From an uncultured Clostridia bacterium (GTDB lineage: Bacteria; Bacillota; Clostridia; TANB77; CAG-508), in the NCBI GenBank assembly GCA_934155625.1, contig CAKPHD010000001.1, positions 932 to 64,931 of the forward strand: a stretch of DNA of 64,000 nucleotides. Direction: 5' to 3'. The notes below the pieces were generated by a model. It made no database searches and had not been told where the DNA came from. It saw nothing but the letters and a program-made list of their open reading frames with translations. Positions 30,287 through 38,908 of the stretch are shown in pieces. Each line of letters opens with the position of its first letter. Position 1 is the stretch's first letter. A program made the translations under genes and the position numbers.

Positions 30287-31927
30287 TTAATAAAGTGAAA
30301 CCCTGAAACCGACGTAAGCTCCGCAATAGTCCGTACCTCCGTCGTAACGGTAGACTACTGAAAACGTGCTGCCATAGAGAGCGTAATCGCCACCTCGACT
30401 AACACAAGGACTGTTTGAATAAGAAGTATATTCAAGTGTCCATTCATCTACATTTCCTGCTATATCATATATTTCTTTTTTATTAAATGTTTCACTTGCT
30501 CCTGTTGATAATAATATCCTTGAATCTGAAGCTTTTGTTCCATATGCTCCATTTGTCCATCCTGAGCCATTTGGTGCATATTTAGAATTTGCATTTGTTA
30601 TATTCCATAAATTATTACTGTAATTTCCCCAATTTGTACTATTCGTCTTTAAATCTGCCTGTGCTGTTCCTTTTGTCTCTAAATATTTCAATACTAAATC
30701 CCATTGCACTCCAAACATTAAACTACTTGTATAATTTCCAGATTCCATATTACTTGCTAATGTTTGGGCTTGACTACATGTTACATTATTATATGGATAT
30801 GCATTTTGCTTTATTACTGGTATTTCTGTTGGTTTTGTTGATGATGAACCAGATGTTTTTGGTGAATTTTCTATTCCTGTTTCATATTTTCCTACATAAA
30901 ATCCTCCATTTTGATATACACTTTTTAACATCTTTTGTTTTAGCTCTGTATATTGTGTACTTGTTAATCCTGTTGTTGCATCTGAATAATATTCATCTTT
31001 GTATCCTGATTCTCTATAATCATTTGTATATGTGTGTAAATCTGTTTCTATTTTTGTATATTCATCAGCATTAAATGTTGTTATGTTTAGTCCTGCTGTT
31101 GGATATACTTCTGCTGTTTTTGGCACTTCTACCCACACATATTGATTTCCTTTACTATCTTGTATTGTTAATCCATTTTCTAATGTTGTTCCTTCTACTT
31201 GTGTAAAACCTGTTGGTAAATATGTTCCTCCTGTTGTTACATTATTCCCTTTAATCTCTTCATTTGCCTGATAAGAATCAATACTTAAAGTTATACTCAT
31301 TGCAGAAGTAGCATCTGGATTATCCATAAAATACTTGCCTACAATATATCCCCATTTCGAATCTAGCTCATCATTATCACCCGGCCAGTTAGCAGTCACC
31401 TTTAGGTATGCTCTATCTTTAGCAGCAACCTGTAAAGAATGTTCTATCTTCAAAGTAAATGGAAACTTTGTTAAATCATTTATTATTTCTCCTTTAGCTA
31501 TTTGCTCACCTGTTTCCTTATTCGTTTCAGTTGTAGGTTCAGATATATTTATATAATTTTCGGTCGATGGCTGTTTACCATCATGCACTACTTCATATGA
31601 CACTCCCGCAATCGTTATTGCTTGAATACTATAACTTAAATCAACTAATGCTTCACCATTATTTAAAATATCAACAGTTACAGTTTGCTCTTGCATCTGT
31701 GGATACAATGTTGGAAATTCAATTCCTATTGGATTTTCCTTTTTTTCATCCCCAATATAATATTCCATGTCCCATGCAGCAACATGCATATTTAAATGTG
31801 AATTTAAAACTTTGGTATATGCAAACCACGCAAATGTCGTCATTATAAACGCAAAAATGATTATTATATATTTTCGGGTTGTGTTCTTTTTATTAGCTTT
31901 TCTATACTTACGTAATAAATTTTTCAC
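30287..31927 (-). CDS. Secreted FGE-sulfatase-domain protein with a TasA-like N-terminal domain and AWF-type SipW-cognate signal peptide. GTG start. Paralogue of 546..2072; the N-terminal domain is a paralogue of 44114..44812.
   Basis: TTFAWFAYT signal. The N-terminal domain aligns with 44114..44812 (AWDMEYYIGDEK vs PWDVTYYVEDKE). C-terminal motifs RGGDYALYG...YVGFRVSLY. Confidence 0.75.
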   Translation of the reverse strand: MKNLLRKYRKANKKNTTRKYIIIIFAFIMTTFAWFAYTKVLNSHLNMHVAAWDMEYYIGDEKKENPIGIEFPTLYPQMQEQTVTVDILNNGEALVDLSYSIQAITIAGVSYEVVHDGKQPSTENYINISEPTTETNKETGEQIAKGEIINDLTKFPFTLKIEHSLQVAAKDRAYLKVTANWPGDNDELDSKWGYIVGKYFMDNPDATSAMSITLSIDSYQANEEIKGNNVTTGGTYLPTGFTQVEGTTLENGLTIQDSKGNQYVWVEVPKTAEVYPTAGLNITTFNADEYTKIETDLHTYTNDYRESGYKDEYYSDATTGLTSTQYTELKQKMLKSVYQNGGFYVGKYETGIENSPKTSGSSSTKPTEIPVIKQNAYPYNNVTCSQAQTLASNMESGNYTSSLMFGVQWDLVLKYLETKGTAQADLKTNSTNWGNYSNNLWNITNANSKYAPNGSGWTNGAYGTKASDSRILLSTGASETFNKKEIYDIAGNVDEWTLEYTSYSNSPCVSRGGDYALYGSTFSVVYRYDGGTDYCGAYVGFRVSLY

Positions 31928-32123
31928 AATTTATTTTCTGCCCCCTTCATTTGTTACTTTAGCCATTTTTCATTTGTTTATCTTTTTTGTTTTATTGCAA
32001 ATTTCTACATTTATATTTTACACTAATTTAATAATTAGCGCAATATTAAATTTAAAAGATTTGCAAATTGTCGAATTTTATAGTATAATTTAAGTATAAA
32101 AACATTTTAAGGAGGTCTTTTTT

Positions 32124-32405
32124 ATGGAGACAACAACAAAACACCCACTAGACTACTCAGTAGTAGATTTAACCTCGACCGTACTTGTAACTCGGTCTAA
32201 GAGAGGCTTTGAGGTACAGCATTTAGAATCTGGAAAAGCTGAATATATCAGTTCCACAAAATTAGAAGGTTCTTGTTTCAAGTACCCTACCGATTTTATA
32301 CGAGCATTTTCGAAATGTTTTCCAGAAGCCAAAAATATCATGTTGTCAACATCAGCAAATGACTATATGATAGAGCTACTGACATTCAATAGAATTGACA
32401 GCTAG
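32124..32405 (+). CDS. Hypothetical protein (93 aa)
   Basis: Strong AAGGAGG RBS. A terminator lies downstream. Confidence 0.5.
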   Translation: METTTKHPLDYSVVDLTSTVLVTRSKRGFEVQHLESGKAEYISSTKLEGSCFKYPTDFIRAFSKCFPEAKNIMLSTSANDYMIELLTFNRIDS

Positions 32406-32436
32406 CTAAAAAACAACAAAAAAGAATTCCTTTTAC

Positions 32437-32468
32437 TCAGGAGCTTGCCTAGCTCCTGAGTATTTTTA
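32437..32468 (+). terminator. Rho-independent terminator (ctcaggagc...gctcctgag followed by tattttt)
   Basis: Perfect 9-bp stem followed by a T-run. Confidence 0.65.
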
Positions 32469-32472
32469 TATT

Positions 32473-32506
32473 TGGTACTTTTAAGAACCGGTCCCAACGG
32501 TACCAA
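32473..32506. repeat. Single unit of the dispersed repeat (ggtacttttaagaaccggtcccaacggtacc)
   Basis: The core gaaccggtccc is flanked by GGTAC inverted repeats. Confidence 0.8.
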
Positions 32507-32513
32507 TCTTATC

Positions 32514-32779
32514 CTTATCCTCCCAACAGCAATTTAACAATAATAAGAAATATAGCACCAGGAACACCTAATATACCGTACTAAAATAGCAGTAAAAAAG
32601 TTCAATCCTATATGAAATCCCCATATCCCTCCAATCAAATTAATAATGTAAATTAATACTCCACCTAAAATAGAATTAAAAACTAATTTTAAAATTTTTT
32701 TAATAGGAATTATAAAAATCTTCCCTATAACAAATAAAATACATATACAAGATATTATTATAAGAACATTTATATTCAT
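32514..32779 (-). pseudogene. bofA: Sigma-K processing regulator BofA homologue with an apparent frameshift near 32575. The C-terminal GILGVPGAIFLIIVKLLLGG is in a different frame from the N-terminal part.
   Basis: INLIGGIWGFHIGLNFFTAI matches the BofA core. The shifted frame restores a BofA-like C-terminus. Could be a sequencing error. Confidence 0.55.
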
Positions 32780-32856
32780 AGTCTTTTCACCTCAAACAAT
32801 AAAAATAGTAGTAATAATTACTACTATTTTTATGTTCAAAACAGGACAAATATTCT

Positions 32857-33144
32857 CTATCCCGCAATATTCTTTTTATTATATAATCTTGCCTTCAATT
32901 CGTCTACCCTGCTCAATTCTATTCCTTTTGTTTTGGCAATCTTTATTAAATAATCTAATTTAGCTTGATGTGCCTTTATTTGATAAATATAATAATCTAT
33001 TAGCGAATCTTCTGCATATTCAAAGTTGCATCTGGCAACTTCTAATACTTTCTTCGTCTCAATAATTGTTTGTATAATTTCTTGTTCTAATTCTTCTTCA
33101 CTTCTTACTTTTAACATTTTTTCTATCAAATACTCTTCTTGCAC
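32857..33144 (-). CDS. YaaL-like (DUF2508) protein
   Basis: 95 aa. Size and position immediately upstream of bofA match B. subtilis yaaL-bofA synteny. Confidence 0.5.
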   Translation of the reverse strand: MQEEYLIEKMLKVRSEEELEQEIIQTIIETKKVLEVARCNFEYAEDSLIDYYIYQIKAHQAKLDYLIKIAKTKGIELSRVDELKARLYNKKNIAG

Positions 33145-33228
33145 TTTGCACTATACCTCCAAATTATAGATTTTGTATTATTATAATTATTATATGCATG
33201 TTTTTTCTAAAATATGCATTTTTTGTAA

Positions 33229-33380
33229 GGTACCGTTGGGACCGGTTCTTAAAAGTAACAAAAAAGTACCGCAGAGAACCGGTCCCAAAAGTAACAAAAA
33301 AAGGTACCGCAGAGAACCGGTCCCAAAAGTAACAAAAAGTACCGCAGAGAACCGGTCCCAAAAGTAACAAAAAAAGTACC
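33229..33380. repeat. Array of 4 units of the dispersed 37-bp repeat (one forward, three reverse)
   Basis: Read directly. Confidence 0.85.
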
Positions 33381-33381
33381 A

Positions 33382-34299
33382 CTATGATATACTTGTAAAT
33401 AAAACTATTCCTATAGACTGAATAATAAACAAATTCATCATATTAGACATAAGCAAATTATTAGTAGCTTCGATAACACCAATCATATCATTATTAGAAT
33501 TTTTATGATGGCGCTGAGCCTCAAAAAATGTTATCAGTTCTGGGATGCTTGTAACAAATCCAAGTACTATTCCAATAATTACTTCTGGTACATTAAATCT
33601 TCTACACAAAACATCTAATGTATTTCCTAATAAATCTCCTATTACAAATAAAAGTATTCCTGTTACCAACAAAATCATAATGTCTCTCACAAGCTTTAAC
33701 CTTTTATTTGAATTCACCTTTTGTTCCATATGCTTCGCAGACTTAGTCTTTCGCTTGTTTCCTCTTTTTCCAGCGTCACTGTTCACTTCTACATTTTCTT
33801 CATTTTTGTTTTCAATTGCAACTTCATCTTCGTTCAAATACAATGCATGAGCATTATTGTTGATTTTCTTGCACCCTAAATAAAGTATAATTAATAACGG
33901 AACCATTGCTAATTGAAACTCACTTTCTACTGCACTAAACATTAATGGTAAAAGAATAGTTATAACAACTAAAATTATATCAACCCTAATAGCCTGATTT
34001 TTCAACGCTTTTTGATTTTTATTTAGTGCAATTGCTCCTGCATATTGAATTAGATTTATTACATTTGAACTTAATACATTATAAATGCTTGCTCCTAGCA
34101 ATCCTTTCATGCTGGCAGCTCCTATTGTTAGTAATTCCGGAACTGATGTTGCTATTCCTGCAATATCTCCTACTGTTTTAGGTTTTAAATTCAAATTTTC
34201 TGCTAAACTTCTTAATGCTCTGACCAATATATATTTAGATATCAACACTATCAATCCTGAATAAACTACAAATTGAACTATTTCCAATAATAATTCCAT
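33382..34299 (-). CDS. CaCA-family cation/Ca2+ exchanger membrane protein with a charged central loop
   Basis: Two GIATSxPEL alpha-repeat motifs. Polytopic. Confidence 0.65.
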   Translation of the reverse strand: MELLLEIVQFVVYSGLIVLISKYILVRALRSLAENLNLKPKTVGDIAGIATSVPELLTIGAASMKGLLGASIYNVLSSNVINLIQYAGAIALNKNQKALKNQAIRVDIILVVITILLPLMFSAVESEFQLAMVPLLIILYLGCKKINNNAHALYLNEDEVAIENKNEENVEVNSDAGKRGNKRKTKSAKHMEQKVNSNKRLKLVRDIMILLVTGILLFVIGDLLGNTLDVLCRRFNVPEVIIGIVLGFVTSIPELITFFEAQRHHKNSNNDMIGVIEATNNLLMSNMMNLFIIQSIGIVLFTSIS

Positions 34300-34534
34300 A
34301 ATTTATCACCACTCCTCAAATTTTCACTTAGTTAGAATTCATAGCTTATAATAAATACATAAATACTTTTATAAATTAATAATATATTGTATAAAATCCA
34401 TATAATACTGTGATATGAATTGTAACTTCTCTTAAAGCTATTATTTACAAATTATGTGATTTTTATTGATATTTATTGATTTTTGTTATATAATAACAAC
34501 ATTAATATACACTTTTAGGAAGGAATTGAGAAAT

Positions 34535-35824
34535 ATGATAGATATTAAATTAATTAGAGAAAATCCAGAATTGGTAAAAGAAAATATTAGAAAAAAATTT
34601 CAAGATCAAAAATTAGTTCTTGTTGATGAAGTTTTAGAATTAGACACAAAAAATAGAGAAGCAAAACTAAATGGAGACAATCTTAGATCTGACAGAAAAA
34701 AGACTAGTGAACAAATAGGACAGCTTATGAAAGCTGGTCAAAAAGATGAGGCTGAAAAATTAAAACAAGAAGTTCAAAAAATAAATTCAGCACTTGAAGA
34801 AAATGAAGCACTTGAAGAAAAATATTCAAACGAAATTAAAGAAAGAATGATGAAAATTCCAAATATAATGGATGCAAGTGTTCCAATTGGAAAAGATGAC
34901 AGTGAAAATGTAGAAGTTCAAAAATTTGGAGAACCAACAAAACCAGATTATGAAATTCCTTATCATGCAGATATATTAGATACATTTAACGGTCTAGACA
35001 AAGACAGTGCTGGAAGAACTAGTGGAATGGGCTTCTATTATTTAGTTGGCGATATTGCAAGATTACACGAAGCAATGCTTGCTTATGCTAGAGATTATAT
35101 GATAAATAATGGATTCACATATTGCATTCCTCCATTCATGATTCGTTCAGACGTTGTTACAGGTGTAATGAGCTTTGAAGAAATGGATGCAATGATGTAT
35201 AAAATTGAAAATGAAGATTTATACTTAATCGGTACATCTGAACACTCAATGATAGGAAGATTCAAAGATCAAATTATCAAAAAATCTGATTTACCAATAA
35301 CAATGACATCATATTCTCCTTGTTTTAGAAAAGAAATTGGTTCTCATGGATTAGAAGAAAGAGGCTTATACCGTGTACATCAATTTGAAAAACAAGAAAT
35401 GATAGTTCTTTGTGAACCAGAAGATTCTATGAATTGGTATAATAAAATGTGGAAATTAAGTGTTGACTTATTTAGAAATTTCAATGTTCCTGTAAGACAA
35501 CTTGACTGTTGCTCTGGAGATTTAGCAGATTTAAAAGTTAAATCATGTGATATAGAAGCTTGGAGCCCACGTCAACAAAAATATTTTGAAGTTTGCAGTT
35601 GTTCTACTTTAGGAGATGCTCAAGCTAGACGTTTAGGAATTCGTGCTAAAGGTGAAAAAGGAAATTATTATGTCCATACTTTAAATAATACTGTTGTTGC
35701 TACACCTAGAGGCTTAATTGCAGTTATTGAAAATAACTATAATGAAGATGGAACTATCACTGTTCCAGAAGTTTTAAGACCTTATATGGGTGGAACAGCT
35801 AAATTAGTACCTGTAAAAAAATAA
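34535..35824 (+). CDS. serS: Serine--tRNA ligase
   Basis: N-terminal coiled-coil arm and class II motifs. RBS AGGAAGGAA. Start taken at MIDIKL. Confidence 0.85.
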   Translation: MIDIKLIRENPELVKENIRKKFQDQKLVLVDEVLELDTKNREAKLNGDNLRSDRKKTSEQIGQLMKAGQKDEAEKLKQEVQKINSALEENEALEEKYSNEIKERMMKIPNIMDASVPIGKDDSENVEVQKFGEPTKPDYEIPYHADILDTFNGLDKDSAGRTSGMGFYYLVGDIARLHEAMLAYARDYMINNGFTYCIPPFMIRSDVVTGVMSFEEMDAMMYKIENEDLYLIGTSEHSMIGRFKDQIIKKSDLPITMTSYSPCFRKEIGSHGLEERGLYRVHQFEKQEMIVLCEPEDSMNWYNKMWKLSVDLFRNFNVPVRQLDCCSGDLADLKVKSCDIEAWSPRQQKYFEVCSCSTLGDAQARRLGIRAKGEKGNYYVHTLNNTVVATPRGLIAVIENNYNEDGTITVPEVLRPYMGGTAKLVPVKK

Positions 35825-35825
35825 T

Positions 35826-35856
35826 GGTACTTTTGGGACCGGTTCTTATCGGTACC
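35826..35856. repeat. Single unit of the dispersed repeat between serS and engB
   Basis: ggtacttttgggaccggttcttatcggtacc. Confidence 0.8.
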
Positions 35857-35880
35857 TTAAATTAGAAAGGATTTATAATT

Positions 35881-36462
35881 ATGATTGTAAAAAACCCAAA
35901 ATTTGAAATCTCTGCTGTAAGAGAAAATCAATATCCTAAAAATGGACTACCAGAAGTTGTTTTAGTTGGAAAATCTAATGTTGGAAAGTCTAGTTTTATA
36001 AACACTATGATTAATAGAAAAAAGTTAGCTCGTACAAGTAGTGAGCCTGGAAAGACTCGTCAATTAAATTTTTATAATATTGATGACAATTTTTATTTTG
36101 TTGATTTGCCTGGTTATGGCTATAGCAAAATGTCTAAACAAGAACAAGTTAAAGTTGGCGAATTTATTGAACATTATTTAAAACATCGTCAAGAAATTTG
36201 TCTTATTATATTTTTAGTTGATATTAGGCATGACCCTACTTCTAATGATTTTTTAATGTATGATTATGTTATAAGAAGTGGTCTTCCTTGTATGATTTTA
36301 ACTAATAAGGCTGATAAAATTGCAAAAACTAAAGTAGATGATGCTGCTAAAAATATTCAAAAACAGCTTAATCCTATTGGAGATATTACTACTCTTCCTT
36401 TTTCTTCTGAACGAAAAGTTTATAGTGATGAGGTTTGGAAAGTTATTGAATCTTATTTGTAA
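35881..36462 (+). CDS. engB: Ribosome biogenesis GTP-binding protein YsxC/EngB
   Basis: G1 GKSNVGKSS, G3 DLPGYG, G4 TNKADK. Confidence 0.88.
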   Translation: MIVKNPKFEISAVRENQYPKNGLPEVVLVGKSNVGKSSFINTMINRKKLARTSSEPGKTRQLNFYNIDDNFYFVDLPGYGYSKMSKQEQVKVGEFIEHYLKHRQEICLIIFLVDIRHDPTSNDFLMYDYVIRSGLPCMILTNKADKIAKTKVDDAAKNIQKQLNPIGDITTLPFSSERKVYSDEVWKVIESYL

Positions 36463-36489
36463 AATATATTCACTGTAAAAGAGCAAATT

Positions 36490-36678
36490 CTATGAGTCTG
36501 CTCTTTTCTCTATTTTTGTTATGGCCTTTAATGCTTTAGGTCTCTCAAGAACTACAGTATGTCCACACCCTTGGCATTTTAGTTTAAAATCAACACCAAC
36601 TCTGGTTATTTCCCATAGTTTGCTTCCACATGGATGTGGCTTTTTAGTTCTAACTATATCTCCAATGTTGTAGTCCAT
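36490..36678 (-). CDS. DUF951-family small protein
   Basis: 62 aa with a CxxC...CxxC zinc-ribbon-like arrangement. Common next to gltX in Firmicutes. Confidence 0.5.
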   Translation of the reverse strand: MDYNIGDIVRTKKPHPCGSKLWEITRVGVDFKLKCQGCGHTVVLERPKALKAITKIEKRADS

Positions 36679-36707
36679 ATTGAATTCCTCCTTTACTACA
36701 ATTGCAT

Positions 36708-37202
36708 TTATCTTTCTTCTTCAATAACAATATTTTTAGTTCTTCCAAATCTTTCAATAATTTTATCTACATCTTTTTCTTGTAAACCTTTTCCAAATCC
36801 TCTAACTTCATTTTCTTCCATTTTTATTAAATGAGATAAAATTTCTTCATCAAAATCATCAAAAATGTCATCGTCTAATACAACATAATCTTCAATCTCT
36901 AAGCCATCATTTAACTCTTCGGAATTTTCAGCGATCCACTGTTTTATTTCTTTACCTCTTTCATTATCTAAAAAAGGTGTTTTATCAAATATAATTCCAT
37001 TTCTTAAAAGAATTTCTTGAACTTTTCCAAAACTCCTTTTATATCTAAAAGATGAAGAAACTACTACTTTTGCACCAGTTTCTTCAACAGCCTTTTTTAC
37101 TAATCTTACTGTTTTCTCATCTATATAAGAATTGTCTATATTATTATCGAAAAATTTATCAGAATTTAACACACCATCAACATCTAAGAAAATTACTTTC
37201 AT
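36708..37202 (-). CDS. HAD-superfamily hydrolase (small)
   Basis: N-terminal FLDVDGVLN motif I. Confidence 0.6.
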   Translation of the reverse strand: MKVIFLDVDGVLNSDKFFDNNIDNSYIDEKTVRLVKKAVEETGAKVVVSSSFRYKRSFGKVQEILLRNGIIFDKTPFLDNERGKEIKQWIAENSEELNDGLEIEDYVVLDDDIFDDFDEEILSHLIKMEENEVRGFGKGLQEKDVDKIIERFGRTKNIVIEEER

Positions 37203-38884
37203 TATTTCAAATTCTCCTTAGCAACATCAAAACGTTTAGCAATTCTCTCTTTTCCAAGGACTTGCATAATTTCGTACATATCAGGAGTATTAGTTCTTGC
37301 AGTTAATGCAACTCTTAAAACTGTACTAACATCTCCAACATGTGCTTTGTACATTCCTGGATTTGCTTTAAATTCTTTTACTTCTTTAGCATATCCCATT
37401 TCTCCTGCAACTTCTTTGATTTTGTTGAACCAAGTTTGTTTATCATCATTTTCATCATAGTATTTTTCAATATATAAATCTAATATTTTAGAAATATCTT
37501 CCTTATCTGAAATTGCTGGTTGATATGGATATTCTTGAGTATTGTTGTAAAATTCTGAGTCATACATATATGAAATATTTTCTTTTACATCTGACCATTT
37601 TGCAATATCTTTTCTTGGCTTTTTGTTTCCTCTTTCGATTCCGAAAACTTTTAAAGCATATTCTTTATCTTTTAATAAATCTGCAAGTTCGTTGTCATAT
37701 TCTTTTGCCCATTCTAAAGCTTTTTCGTATACATCTTCTGCTGTCATTTTAGATATTACTGTTTTACCAATATCTAATAATTTTACCATATCAAATAATG
37801 CACCACTTACACTCATTTTGTTTAATTGGAAATCAAATTCCTCCATCTTTTTGTCTGGATTTGCTCTTCTCCAATTTTCGAATGTAGAGTTTGCAATATT
37901 TAATAAATATTCTTTTACAGCGTCTGTTGGAACACCTTGTTCTTTGTAGTATGAAACAGCTGCTTCTGGATCTTTTCTCTTGCTTAATTTACGTTTTCCG
38001 CCATTATCGTTTTTCATAATTGGTGAAATATGTGCATATTTTGGTGCTTTAAATCCTAATTCATGGAATAATTGTAAATGTAATGGTACTGATGATAACC
38101 ATTCATCACTTCTTATTACATGTGTTGTATGCATTAAATGATCATCAACTGCATGTGCAAAATGATATGTTGGTAATCCATCAGATTTAATTATAATTAT
38201 ATCTTGATCATTTTCTGGGAAGTCTACATTTCCTTTTATAACATCTTTATGCTTGATTTTTCTGTCTTCTCTTCCTGGTGATTTAAATCTGATTATATAT
38301 GGTTCTCCTGCTTTGATTTTTTCTGCCATTTCTTCAACAGATAAATTTCTGCATTTTGCCCAAGCACCATAATATCCTGTTCTTAATTTTGCTGTTTCTT
38401 GTTTATTTCTTATTTCTTCTAGGTCTTCTGGTGTACAGAAACATGGATATGCTTTTCCTTGTTCTAACATATATTTAGCATATGCTTGATATATTTCTTT
38501 TCTTAAACTTTGTTTATATGGTCCGTAATTTCCTATTTCTTCTGTATCTGAAATCATTCCTTCATCTGGTGCCATATCAAAGTCTTTTAATGAATTTACT
38601 ATTCCAGTTACTCCATTTTCTACTTCTCTTTTTTGGTCTGTATCTTCAACTCTTAAAAAGAATACTCCTCCTGTCTTTTCTGCAACAGTTCTTGCTACTA
38701 ATGCTTGATATAGACCTCCTATATGTACAAACCCAGTTGGACTAGGAGCAAATCTTGTTACTATTGCTCCTTCTGGTAAGTTTCTTTCTGGGTATTTTTC
38801 TTCATAATATGATATTTCTTTCGCATCCGGAAAGATTAAATTTGCTAAATCTTTGTAATCCATTTTCTCCTCCTTGTGGGACAT
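37202..38884 (-). CDS. gltX: Glutamate--tRNA ligase (class I, HIGG/KLSKR)
   Basis: FAPSPTGFVHIGG, RVEDTD, KLSKRK. Confidence 0.85.
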   Translation of the reverse strand: MSHKEEKMDYKDLANLIFPDAKEISYYEEKYPERNLPEGAIVTRFAPSPTGFVHIGGLYQALVARTVAEKTGGVFFLRVEDTDQKREVENGVTGIVNSLKDFDMAPDEGMISDTEEIGNYGPYKQSLRKEIYQAYAKYMLEQGKAYPCFCTPEDLEEIRNKQETAKLRTGYYGAWAKCRNLSVEEMAEKIKAGEPYIIRFKSPGREDRKIKHKDVIKGNVDFPENDQDIIIIKSDGLPTYHFAHAVDDHLMHTTHVIRSDEWLSSVPLHLQLFHELGFKAPKYAHISPIMKNDNGGKRKLSKRKDPEAAVSYYKEQGVPTDAVKEYLLNIANSTFENWRRANPDKKMEEFDFQLNKMSVSGALFDMVKLLDIGKTVISKMTAEDVYEKALEWAKEYDNELADLLKDKEYALKVFGIERGNKKPRKDIAKWSDVKENISYMYDSEFYNNTQEYPYQPAISDKEDISKILDLYIEKYYDENDDKQTWFNKIKEVAGEMGYAKEVKEFKANPGMYKAHVGDVSTVLRVALTARTNTPDMYEIMQVLGKERIAKRFDVAKENLK

Positions 38885-38908
38885 TTAGTTTTAGCCCATT
38901 TTATTTTT

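Noticed and set aside
32153-32341. 62-aa minus-strand ORF
   Set aside because: It lies wholly inside the better-supported plus-strand ORF 32124..32405, which has a strong RBS.
34300-34534. Possible T-box riboswitch upstream of serS
   Set aside because: The leader is only about 230 nt, extremely AT-rich, and lacks the conserved T-box sequence and specifier/antiterminator architecture.
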